From Candidatus Dormiibacterota bacterium (GTDB lineage: Bacteria; Chloroflexota; Dormibacteria; CF-121): 64,000 nt of DNA. The number at the start of each line of letters is the position of its first letter. Position 1 is the first letter of the stretch. The translations under genes and the position numbers were made by a program. Shown here piece by piece: positions 53,579 to 62,218 of the stretch. The stretch covers positions 8,039 through 72,038 of the forward strand of contig DASYVR010000042.1 in NCBI GenBank assembly GCA_035936995.1. The letters are read 5' to 3'. Under the pieces are notes generated by a model. It had not been told where the DNA came from, did not search any database, and was given only the letters and a program-made list of their open reading frames with translations.

Positions 53579-55150
53579 TCACGAGGCGGGCGCGCTGGTC
53601 CTGGCTCGCTCCCGTTCCACCAGCTTGCGGCGGAGGATCTTGCCGGAGGCCGACTTGGGGATCTCGTCGATGGTCTCGACCAGCCGGATCTTCTTGTGTG
53701 GCGCGACCCGCTCCGCGACATACTGCATCAACTCTTCGGGCGTTACCTGGCTCTTGAGCACGACGAACGCCTTAGGTACCTCACCCGCCTCCTCATTCGG
53801 GCTGGGAATCACGGCCGCGTCGGCGACGGATGGGTGCGTGAGCAAGATGGCCTCGAGCTCGGCCGGTGGGACCTGGTAGCCCTTGTACTTGATCAGCTCC
53901 TTGAGACGGTCGACGATGTAGAAGTCGCCGTCTCGGTCCGCATGGCCGATGTCCCCGGTGTGCAGCCAGCCGTCCCGGTCGAGGATCTGCTCGGTGGCAG
54001 CCTGGTTGTTCAGGTAGCCCTTCATGACTTGTGGCCCGCGGATCCAGATCTCACCGTCTGCGTCAGGGCCGAGCGCGGCTCCGGTGTTGATGTCGACCAC
54101 CTTGCACTCCGTGCCGGGAATGACGGGACCGATCGAGCCGACCTTTGTCCACTCGACGTTGTCGCGGACGGCGTGCGTGACCGGGCTGGCTTCGGTCATG
54201 CCGTATCCCTGGTTCACTTTGCAGTTCAGACGCCGGCCACAGGCTGCCGCCAGCGCCTCGTCGAGAGGAGCGGCGCCTGAGAAAACCGTGGTCACCGACG
54301 AGAGGTCAAACTGGTCGACCATCGGATGCTTGGCGAGCGCCACCACGATCGGCGGAGCGATGTAGGCACGCGAGACACGATGGTCCTGGAGGACCCGCAA
54401 GAAGGCCTCCAGCTCAAACCGCGGCATGGTCACAATCGTCGCCCCCGAGTGAAGCGCCAGGTTCATGATCACGGTCATCCCATAAATGTGATAGAAGGGC
54501 ATGACCCCGAGCACCCGCTCGCCCTCCCGCAGATGGAAGCACTGCTCGGATTGGCAAACATTGGCCACCAGGTTGCGATGCGTCAGCATCACGCCTTTCG
54601 CCAGGCCGGTTGTCCCGCTCGAATAGGGCAGCGCCACCAGGTCTTCCGCCGGATTGATCTCGACGGTGAAGTCTTCCGCCGGCTCCGCCAGCAGCTCGCT
54701 GAACGATGTGGCTCCGTCGGCGTCGCCGAACACGAAGATCTCCTCGACGGCAGAGTACTTGACTGCCACCGTCACCCGATCCATGAATGCCGGCACCGTC
54801 AATAGAAAGCGGGCACCGGAATTCTCGAGCTGATCCGCCAGCTCGCGAGGCGTGTAGAGGGAGTTGACGGTGGTGACGACGCCGCCCAGCGAAGCGACGG
54901 CGAAGAACGGAATCGGGTACTCGATCAGGTTTGGGCTGAAGATCGCGAACACGTCACCTTTCTTGAACCCGCGCCGCCGCAGCGCGGAGGCAACCCGTTT
55001 CACGCCGTCGGCCAGCGCGCCGTACGTCAGCCTGCGTCCGGTGAGGCCATCGATAAGGGCGGGCTTGTCCCCCAGTTCGCCAGCTCGGTGGAGCACGAAC
55101 GGAACGAGTGGAATATCCGGGATCTCGACAGCGGGACCTCTATGGATCAC
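53579..55150 (-). CDS. AMP-dependent acyl-CoA / 4-coumarate-CoA ligase family enzyme
   Basis: LPYSSGTTGLAKGVMLTHRNL (AMP-binding motif), GYGMTE, TGDIGHADRDGDFYIVDRLKELIKYKG. Confidence 0.9.
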   Translation of the reverse strand: MIHRGPAVEIPDIPLVPFVLHRAGELGDKPALIDGLTGRRLTYGALADGVKRVASALRRRGFKKGDVFAIFSPNLIEYPIPFFAVASLGGVVTTVNSLYTPRELADQLENSGARFLLTVPAFMDRVTVAVKYSAVEEIFVFGDADGATSFSELLAEPAEDFTVEINPAEDLVALPYSSGTTGLAKGVMLTHRNLVANVCQSEQCFHLREGERVLGVMPFYHIYGMTVIMNLALHSGATIVTMPRFELEAFLRVLQDHRVSRAYIAPPIVVALAKHPMVDQFDLSSVTTVFSGAAPLDEALAAACGRRLNCKVNQGYGMTEASPVTHAVRDNVEWTKVGSIGPVIPGTECKVVDINTGAALGPDADGEIWIRGPQVMKGYLNNQAATEQILDRDGWLHTGDIGHADRDGDFYIVDRLKELIKYKGYQVPPAELEAILLTHPSVADAAVIPSPNEEAGEVPKAFVVLKSQVTPEELMQYVAERVAPHKKIRLVETIDEIPKSASGKILRRKLVERERARTSAPAS

Positions 55151-55318
55151 GTCCGCCCTCCCATAAGATGGCGCTCCGGCCAGGTGGCGCGACGATCATA
55201 TCCCAACCGGGGTTCAATCCAGCCCGAGCGTTGTCGGCACCGCGCCCATGACAGGTCCGTTGCGGCCGCCCGTTGCAACCAGCAGAAGTCGACGACCTGT
55301 CGCTGGAGGCATGACGTT

Positions 55319-56305
55319 TTGGCAAAACTCGAACGCGCTGAGATCGGCTGGCTCGGCGAGCTCGCGGTTGACCAGGAGCTTGTGGTGGGCAGCGGCGGTC
55401 GGTTGATCCCGTGGCTCCCGCTGGTGGACGCCCACGGGGTTGACCGCGCCTACACCTGGGACGGGGTCGGGGCCCCGAGCTTCGTCCAGATAAAGACCAG
55501 CGGTTTCGCGGATGAAGAGGGCCGCCACCGCTGGGACCTGCGGGTGGGCTCCTTCGCCGCCTACCGTCAGTTCTCCGTCGTGCTGGGTCTGATCGATCCG
55601 ATATCCAACCGGATCGGCGATGTGTTCTGGCGGCTGGATTCCACCCTCGTCCGCCGTCTCGCTCGCCGCGAGTACGATGCCGCGCTCGGTACGGAGGTCT
55701 ACCGCCTGGATGGGTCTCCCACGCACGACGACCGGCTCGCTCCCTACCGTTGCACCGGCAGCGAGTTATGGAAGGGATTCGCGCCCCGTGCCGGACTCCG
55801 CCAGGCCGCGAGAGGGCAGCTCCCCATCCTACGCGTCGACCAGGGAGGCGTCTACGAATTCGCCATGTTCACGGAACTGCTGCGAGGAAACCACAAAGAC
55901 CTGTTGCTCTTTCGCCCCGCCTTCGACATCAAGGGCCGAGACCTCCTGGTTCAGCTGGTCGGCTCTCCGCACGCGGTGTTCGTCCAGGTCAAGGGCACGG
56001 CGATGCGCCGGGGCGATGACCTGGTCCGCTTCCACCTGCGCCGTAACACCTTCGTGGTTGCCGACGACTTCTGGTTGGCCTTTTACTTCTGGGACCGGCG
56101 CCATGCCGCCCTCTTTCCGGAGTGCTGGCTGGTTTCATCGCGCGAATTGGCTCGGCGGACCGCCCACCAGCGTGATGTCGCCTATCTCACCGTCGACACT
56201 CGTCTTGACTCCTCGGTCGATCGGTGGGCGGAGTTTCGCTGTCCGATCCAGGACCAGGCGGACGTCCTCCGTGGAGCCTTGCGCAAGCTTCGCGCGGCGG
56301 CGTAG
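55319..56305 (+). CDS. Tandem PD-(D/E)xK (DUF4365-like) nuclease-fold protein, function unknown
   Basis: There are two internally similar halves. Each has an N-terminal Glu (GELAV / YEFAM), an Asp-Gly-x-Asp block (VDAHGVDRAY / FDIKGRDLLV) and a VQIK/VQVK motif. The TTG start at 55319 lies 9 nt after GGAGG, and the longer listed ORF would overlap the divergent ligase gene. Confidence 0.55.
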   Translation: MAKLERAEIGWLGELAVDQELVVGSGGRLIPWLPLVDAHGVDRAYTWDGVGAPSFVQIKTSGFADEEGRHRWDLRVGSFAAYRQFSVVLGLIDPISNRIGDVFWRLDSTLVRRLARREYDAALGTEVYRLDGSPTHDDRLAPYRCTGSELWKGFAPRAGLRQAARGQLPILRVDQGGVYEFAMFTELLRGNHKDLLLFRPAFDIKGRDLLVQLVGSPHAVFVQVKGTAMRRGDDLVRFHLRRNTFVVADDFWLAFYFWDRRHAALFPECWLVSSRELARRTAHQRDVAYLTVDTRLDSSVDRWAEFRCPIQDQADVLRGALRKLRAAA

Positions 56306-56351
56306 GGAAGACTGATCAGCCGGTGTAGCTACGATCGCGTGGCGTTGGTGG

Positions 56352-56736
56352 ATGAAAATCATCCCCCGAGCCGAGGCGCTACCTGACCTCGAGTCCATGG
56401 AGGCGGCCCACTTTACGGGAAAGGCGGGCTCGCACGCGCTGCTGGCGGCATCGGCTCCGCCGCTCTCGACGTCCGCCGCGCTGGTCCGGTTCGAGACTGG
56501 CGTTCGGAACTACTGGCACGCGCACGCGGGTGGCCAGCTGCTGTACGTCATCGAGGGCGAAGGCTGGGTCAGGCCCGGGGGGCCGACGCTCGACGAATTC
56601 GTGTCGGGGACACGGCCGCAACCGACCCGAATGAGGAACACTGGCATGGTGCGGGCCGGAGTGGCCCTTTCGCCCATATTGTGGTTAACATCGGCGAGAC
56701 GCGCTGGCTGGAGGAGTCGCCTCCTCCACCGGATTA
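56352..56736 (+). pseudogene. Cupin-domain gene with a frameshift in a G6 tract
   Basis: FETGVRNYWHAHAGGQLLYVIEGEGWVRPGG is read in the first frame. The expected continuation ADARRIRVGDTAATDPNEEHWHGA...HIVVNIGETRWLE is in the +1 frame. The switch maps to GGGGGG at 56577-56582. Confidence 0.7.
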
Positions 56737-56912
56737 GGCGACCTGCTTCTTGTTACTCGGCGGCCCGGTCCATGCTACGTGCCTTGTGTAGCGGTGCCGT
56801 CAGCAGAACTACTGACCGTTACGCGCCACCGGCGGGTAAGTCACTGAGGGTTTAGGATTGCCTGGGGAGCGAGGGCATAACCCAGGCACAAATCTGGGAG
56901 CGCGACGGGACG

Positions 56913-59687
56913 TTGCGGGTGATCGAGCGCCTGCTGTCCGAGGCCCGTGAGGGTCGGGGACGGAGCCTGTTCATCGTTGCGGAAGTGGGCCTTGGAAAGA
57001 CCACGATGGTCGATCGCGCCCAGGCCGGCGCTCGCGGTCAGTTCCAGATCAGCATCGGACGGGGCGACGCCGCCGAATCGAGCCTCCCTTTTGGCATCAT
57101 CGACCAGGCGCTCCGGGGACTCGGGTTCCGGAGTCCTGGTGACGCAAAGAGCGTGAGACGATCTGCCCTTCAAGCCCGGGCCGCGCGGCTGTATGCGGCT
57201 CTTCAGTTCCTGGAGGGACTCCCCTCACCGACGCTGCTGCTGCTTGATGACCTCCACTGGGCGGACGAGGACTCGCTGGCACTGCTTTCCTATCTCTGCC
57301 GCAGGATCGCCAATCTGCCAATCGCCCTGATCGGGACGCTTCGACCGTGGCCTGATACCGCTCTCGATACCGTCGGGCCCCTCACGAATGACGGTGACGC
57401 GATCATGGAACGTCTGCTGCCCCTGAGCGAAACCGGCGCTGCGCAAATGTTGAACGATCGGGCCGGCGGTAGGATCTCGCCATCCTCCGCTCGACGCGCA
57501 GCCAGGCTGGCGGCCGGCAACCCGCTCCTGCTCGAGCGGATGGTCATGAATGTACGCCGCGGTCAGCGCCTCCCTGAATCCGATGGCCACGCTGCGACGA
57601 CCAAAACCGGGCTCCTGCGCGCCCGGTTCACGGGCGTGTCGGCCGAGGAAAAGCGCTACGCTCAGGCGGCGGGCGTTCTGGGAAGCCGGTTCCGTCCCAT
57701 GATCGCGACGGCGATGGCCGAGCTCTCGCCCGGGGAGGGCGATCGGGCGCTCGAGGCGCTCTCGCTCGGAGGCCTGCTCAGATCCGACGCGTCTGGCTGG
57801 GCCCAGTTCGCGCATCCCTTGCTGCGGCAAATCGTCTACGACGAGATCCCGCCGCCAATGCGTGCGCCGTGGCATGCCCGAGCTTTCCGCCTGCTCGTTT
57901 CAGCGGCAGCTGACCCGGCCGAGGCGGCCGAGCACGCGGCCCGCTCGGGCCTGATCGGTGACCAGGACGCCGTGGCGGTCCTGGCGCAGGCAGGCCGAAG
58001 GGCCATGCGCGAGGGCGCGATCGCCCGCGCCAAACAGCGGCTGTTGGCGGCCGTCGAGCTGGCTGGTTCCCGGGCCGCTGCCGACCTGTTGATGGATCTT
58101 GGTGAGGTTCTGCTGGACAGCGGCGATGGGCGAGGTGCGATCGTGACGTTTCGGCGTCTCCTTGCCATGCCCGATCTGACTGGGGAGCTGCGGAGCGGGG
58201 CCCAGCGCATGCTCGGGCGGGCGCTGTTCATCCGCGGCGCCGTCAAGGAAGCTGGTGAGGCCTTCAGAGTGGCGGTCGCCTCCGCGCTACCGTCGGACAA
58301 GTCCGAGGCGGTTCGGGCCTTACTCGACGAGGCATTCATCTCCTGGCCTACCGGAGGCCCGGCCCTGGCGACGCCCTTGCTGGAACGCGCTCGTGATCTG
58401 GCGGTGGATGGCTCGCCGAGGCTCCGAGTGCGTGCCGATACCGCCTGGGCCTTCAGCACATTTGTTGGAGGGGACCCGACAGGAATCGCGGTGATTGCCG
58501 GCGCCGTCCAGGATGCCTTCGCCAACCCCGAGGCAGATACGACCGACTTCGCGTGGAGTTGGGGAACCCTGGGCACCTACGGAAACGTAACGAAATGGAC
58601 GGAACAATTCACCGACGCGACCCGCGCCTATGAGATCGGCATGCAAGCGGCCGAACGAATGGGGCTACCCGTGGCCATTGCGGCCGTGGCCGTCATGCAT
58701 GGTGACACCTGCCTTCGAACGGGCCGGCTGCGGGAGGCGCTTCAACTCGCCGACCGCGCCACCATGCTTGCGGACCTCGCGCCTGAGCGCGCCTTCTGGG
58801 CCGCGATCATCCACGCCTACACGCTGAACGAGATGGGTCAGATGGATGAGTGCGCGGAGTGGTACCGACGGTCGAGCGCGCTCGCCGATCCGAACGAGAA
58901 CTGGGCCGGGCGCGTCTGGCTGCTCCACCTGGAGGCCGTGCTCGCCATGCACGCCAGGCGGACGGCGGACGCCTGCGCGCTCTTCGACCGCCTGCGGGCC
59001 CTCGCCAATCAATTGCAAATCCTGGAGCCCTGCATCGTTCCCTGGTCGGGCGATGCCATCACGGCATACCTCTATGGGGGGCGGATCCAGGACGCGCTGG
59101 CAATTGTTGCGTCGTTGGATGCGATGGCGGAACGCCTGCCCTGCCGCTTCCCGCGGATCGTTGCAATTGGGGCCCGGGCCGCCTTGAAGCAAGCAGAGGG
59201 TGACCAGGAGGCGAGCACGCGCCTGCTCGACGAGGCGATCGCGCTCGCGACTGGAAGTGGAATGCCTCTGCTCGAGGCTCGAATTCGACACCGGCTCGGA
59301 GCACTATTGCGGCGATCCGGCCACGATCGCGGGGCCCGACCGCTACTGAAACGGGCGATCGAATTGGCGGAGGCGTGCGGTGCCGAAGGCCTGGCAAAGA
59401 AGGCTGGCGACGAGCTGAAGCTGGCACACGGGCGGCAGCATCGTCAATTGGTCGATCCGGATGCGTTGACGGCCGCCGAGCTCCGAGTGCGCAGCCTTGC
59501 CGAGCAAGGGGTCAGATCGCGACAGATTGCCGACCAGCTATTCGTGAGTGCCAACACCATTGAGACTCACCTTCAACACATTTATCGCAAGCTGGGGATC
59601 AACTCACAGCGAGAGCTGGTCGCCCGAGCGCGCCGTCCGGAACCGTCGCCAACTCCGAACGGAGGCGACCCACCGCGCGGTAGATGA
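56913..59687 (+). CDS. LAL/MalT-like STAND regulator (AAA ATPase + TPR-like region + LuxR HTH)
   Basis: Walker A AEVGLGKTTMV, Walker B LLLLDDLHWADEDS, a long helical repeat region, and a C-terminal LTAAELRVRSLAEQGVRSRQIADQLFVSANTIETHLQHIYRKLGI. Confidence 0.9.
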   Translation: MRVIERLLSEAREGRGRSLFIVAEVGLGKTTMVDRAQAGARGQFQISIGRGDAAESSLPFGIIDQALRGLGFRSPGDAKSVRRSALQARAARLYAALQFLEGLPSPTLLLLDDLHWADEDSLALLSYLCRRIANLPIALIGTLRPWPDTALDTVGPLTNDGDAIMERLLPLSETGAAQMLNDRAGGRISPSSARRAARLAAGNPLLLERMVMNVRRGQRLPESDGHAATTKTGLLRARFTGVSAEEKRYAQAAGVLGSRFRPMIATAMAELSPGEGDRALEALSLGGLLRSDASGWAQFAHPLLRQIVYDEIPPPMRAPWHARAFRLLVSAAADPAEAAEHAARSGLIGDQDAVAVLAQAGRRAMREGAIARAKQRLLAAVELAGSRAAADLLMDLGEVLLDSGDGRGAIVTFRRLLAMPDLTGELRSGAQRMLGRALFIRGAVKEAGEAFRVAVASALPSDKSEAVRALLDEAFISWPTGGPALATPLLERARDLAVDGSPRLRVRADTAWAFSTFVGGDPTGIAVIAGAVQDAFANPEADTTDFAWSWGTLGTYGNVTKWTEQFTDATRAYEIGMQAAERMGLPVAIAAVAVMHGDTCLRTGRLREALQLADRATMLADLAPERAFWAAIIHAYTLNEMGQMDECAEWYRRSSALADPNENWAGRVWLLHLEAVLAMHARRTADACALFDRLRALANQLQILEPCIVPWSGDAITAYLYGGRIQDALAIVASLDAMAERLPCRFPRIVAIGARAALKQAEGDQEASTRLLDEAIALATGSGMPLLEARIRHRLGALLRRSGHDRGARPLLKRAIELAEACGAEGLAKKAGDELKLAHGRQHRQLVDPDALTAAELRVRSLAEQGVRSRQIADQLFVSANTIETHLQHIYRKLGINSQRELVARARRPEPSPTPNGGDPPRGR

Positions 59688-60165
59688 GCAGCTTCACCGC
59701 CGCTTCCGACTTCCCCATCATGGCGGCGGCCTCGCGGGCGCTTCGGTCGTCGCGAAACCTCAGGGTCATCGCGATGCGCTGTTGCCGCGGCAGCCGTTCC
59801 ACGAGCCGCCAGATCTCTTGGACCTCGAGGCGGCGGATCGCCGTCGCCTCAACCTGGGTGGCGGTATCGGGCAGCCCGTCCGACAGCTCCCGACTCACCG
59901 GCTCGTGGCGGAAGTAGTCGGCCACGGCGTTGCCGGCGATCCGATAAAGCCAGCAGGAAAAGGGGCGACCGCAGTCCCGATACCGGGAAATGCCCCGAAG
60001 CGCCTTTAGGAAGACCTCGGCCGTTACGTCTTCGGCCGCGGCGGCGTTACCAAGGCGTGCGCGGGCGAACCGGTAGATACCATCGACATGACGGTCATAG
60101 AGGATGCCGAAGGCATCGGCGTCAGACTTCGCCCGCTCGACGAGAAGCCGCTCATCCTGGTCCAC
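59599..60165 (-). CDS. ECF (sigma-70 family) sigma factor
   Basis: FGILYDRHVDGIYRFARARLGN...DVTAEVFLKAL (region 2) and QRIAMTLRFRDDRSAREAAAMMGKSEAAVKLLIYRAVGRLR (region 4). GTG start. Confidence 0.9.
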   Translation of the reverse strand: MDQDERLLVERAKSDADAFGILYDRHVDGIYRFARARLGNAAAAEDVTAEVFLKALRGISRYRDCGRPFSCWLYRIAGNAVADYFRHEPVSRELSDGLPDTATQVEATAIRRLEVQEIWRLVERLPRQQRIAMTLRFRDDRSAREAAAMMGKSEAAVKLLIYRAVGRLRSELATVPDGALGRPALAVS

Positions 60166-60233
60166 GCGTCGAGCCTATGGCGGACCCAGGGCAGCGTCAT
60201 CACGGAATTTACTGATTGTGAAGAGGGCTGGTC

Positions 60234-61295
60234 GTGCTGGTAATGGCTAGAGAGCTGGCAAGGGTAGAGGCGGCGGCAGCACGAGAGCTGATTCGAGACC
60301 AGGGATCAATTCCGGCTACCCGGCGATTCGAATGGCTAGTGGTCGGCCTATGCACCTGGTTGATGGCGGGTGCCTACCTGGACTCCTGGGCCCACCGGCA
60401 CCTGGCGAGGCTTGAGACGTTCTTCACGCCCTGGCATGCCGTGCTGTATTCAGGGATGCTCGCCGTCCTGATTTTCCTGGCCTTCACCGCGCTGCGCAAC
60501 CGGGCGCGGGGACAGAGCCCGGGTCAGGTCCTGCCGGCCGGCTATGGTCTTTCGCTGGTCGGCTGCGTGTTGTTCGGCGTCGGAGGTGTGATCGACATGT
60601 TCTGGCATCTCCGTTTCGGAATAGAGGTCAGTCTGGCGGCCTTGATCAGCCCACCCCACCTGCTCTTGATGCTGGCGCTGGGACTGATCGTGACCGGGCC
60701 ATTACGCGCGGCCTGGCGACGCCCAGAAAGCCGAGCGCCATTTACCGCAGTCATCTCGGCAAGCCTCCTGTTGTCGATGTTCACCTTTTTCGACCAGTTC
60801 GACCAACCGCTGGTCAACACCTGGGCGGCAGCGAACGCGGCAGGCCCCGATACGATCCGGTACCTGCAGGAGCTGGGCATCCTGGGCATCATGGTGCAGA
60901 CCGCCCTCCTCACCGGCGTCGTTCTCTACTTGCTCAGTCGTTTCACGCTGCCGTTCGGCAGCATCACCCTGCTCGCCGGACTGAACGGCGCGCTCCTGGG
61001 CTCGCTCGAGCAGCACTTCGAGTTGATCCCGGTCGCGATCATCGGCGGACTGACCGCCGATCTGATCATGTTGTGGCTCCGGCCTGGACCGGAGCGGGTG
61101 GCTGCGCTTCGGCTTGCCTCATTTCTCGGTCCGGTCGGCGTTTGTTCTCTTTACCTTCTCTTCCTTGGGCTGACCCGTGGGATTGGCTGGCCGATCACGC
61201 TCTGGCTCGGCTCGATTGTCGTGTCGGGGGCGATCGGCGTCTTGCTCAGTTACCTTGCTGTCCATCCGCCGATCCCGCAGTTGGACGCCGGCTGA
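60234..61295 (+). CDS. Polytopic membrane protein with conserved-looking His motifs, unknown family
   Basis: 9-10 TM helices with DSWAHRH, TPWH, DMFWHLRFG and SPPH motifs. It is divergent from the ECF sigma gene and upstream of prsW. Confidence 0.6.
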   Translation: MLVMARELARVEAAAARELIRDQGSIPATRRFEWLVVGLCTWLMAGAYLDSWAHRHLARLETFFTPWHAVLYSGMLAVLIFLAFTALRNRARGQSPGQVLPAGYGLSLVGCVLFGVGGVIDMFWHLRFGIEVSLAALISPPHLLLMLALGLIVTGPLRAAWRRPESRAPFTAVISASLLLSMFTFFDQFDQPLVNTWAAANAAGPDTIRYLQELGILGIMVQTALLTGVVLYLLSRFTLPFGSITLLAGLNGALLGSLEQHFELIPVAIIGGLTADLIMLWLRPGPERVAALRLASFLGPVGVCSLYLLFLGLTRGIGWPITLWLGSIVVSGAIGVLLSYLAVHPPIPQLDAG

Positions 61296-61344
61296 CCCTT
61301 CCCCCCGGCGACCCGGCCCCTGCTAGCGTGAGAGGAGCAAGGGG

Positions 61345-62148
61345 ATGCAAGCGGAAGCAGTGACGGCGGAGCGCTGGGCGCCACCGTGGTGGGCGGTCTT
61401 CCTGACCGGGCTCGTGATGTGGGCAGCGGCCTTTGGGGTCGCCCGCCTCACGCACAACGTTATCCTCCTGCCGACGATCGTTCTTCTGGGCAGTTTCCTG
61501 GTTCCGGTTACGGCCGTCGTCTGGTACCTGGATCACGATCCCAGTCCGGCGCTGTCACCGCGGCGGATTCTGGCCGCCTTCATCATCGCCGGCGTCTTTG
61601 GAATCCTCGGCGCCTCGCTACTCGAATACTGGCTCGTGAGCGTCGGCGTCCTGGGCAGCCTCGAGGTGGGGTTGATCGAGGAGGCGGTAAAGGGCGTCTT
61701 CATCGCCGTCGTGGCGCTGGGCATCCGGCCGTTTCATATCCGCGATGGCATGGTGCTGGGGGCGACCGTCGGCTTTGGTTTCGCCGCCCTGGAGAGTAGC
61801 GGTTACGCGCTCGCCTCGCTCTTCGTTGTGCAAGGCCATCAGCTGGTCCTTTCGCTCACCTCGGTGGTCGTGACGGAGCTGATCCGGGGTGTGCTGTCCC
61901 CGTTCGGCCACGGCATGTGGTCGGCGATTCTCGGCGCCGCCATCTTCAGCGCGGCCGCCCGCCACGGCCGTTTGCGGCTTTCGGCGGGCGTGATCGGCAC
62001 TTACCTCGCGATGTCGGTGCTTCATGGTGCCTTCGACTCGATCAATGGCGTCCTCGGTTACGTCGTGGTCTCGCTCATCGGGCTGGTTCCGCTGATCTGG
62101 CTCTGGCGTCGCGCCGACGGCGGCGGTGTGTTCCCGCGGCGCGGTTAA
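61345..62148 (+). CDS. prsW: PrsW-family intramembrane metalloprotease
   Basis: LIEEAVKG (EExxK), FGHGMWSAILGAAIF and LHGAFD (HxxxD) motifs, and about 8 TM helices. Confidence 0.85.
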   Translation: MQAEAVTAERWAPPWWAVFLTGLVMWAAAFGVARLTHNVILLPTIVLLGSFLVPVTAVVWYLDHDPSPALSPRRILAAFIIAGVFGILGASLLEYWLVSVGVLGSLEVGLIEEAVKGVFIAVVALGIRPFHIRDGMVLGATVGFGFAALESSGYALASLFVVQGHQLVLSLTSVVVTELIRGVLSPFGHGMWSAILGAAIFSAAARHGRLRLSAGVIGTYLAMSVLHGAFDSINGVLGYVVVSLIGLVPLIWLWRRADGGGVFPRRG

Positions 62149-62218
62149 CCCATCCCGACGGCGGCCTGGGTCGCCCCCTGATCCCAGTGCCTGGACGGCG
62201 CGCCGTTAAGGTATCCGC

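Noticed and set aside
55257-55280. CCGTTGC direct repeat and GTTGCAAC palindrome between the CoA ligase and the PD-(D/E)xK gene
   Set aside because: The repeat is too short to distinguish from chance in a GC-rich divergent promoter region.
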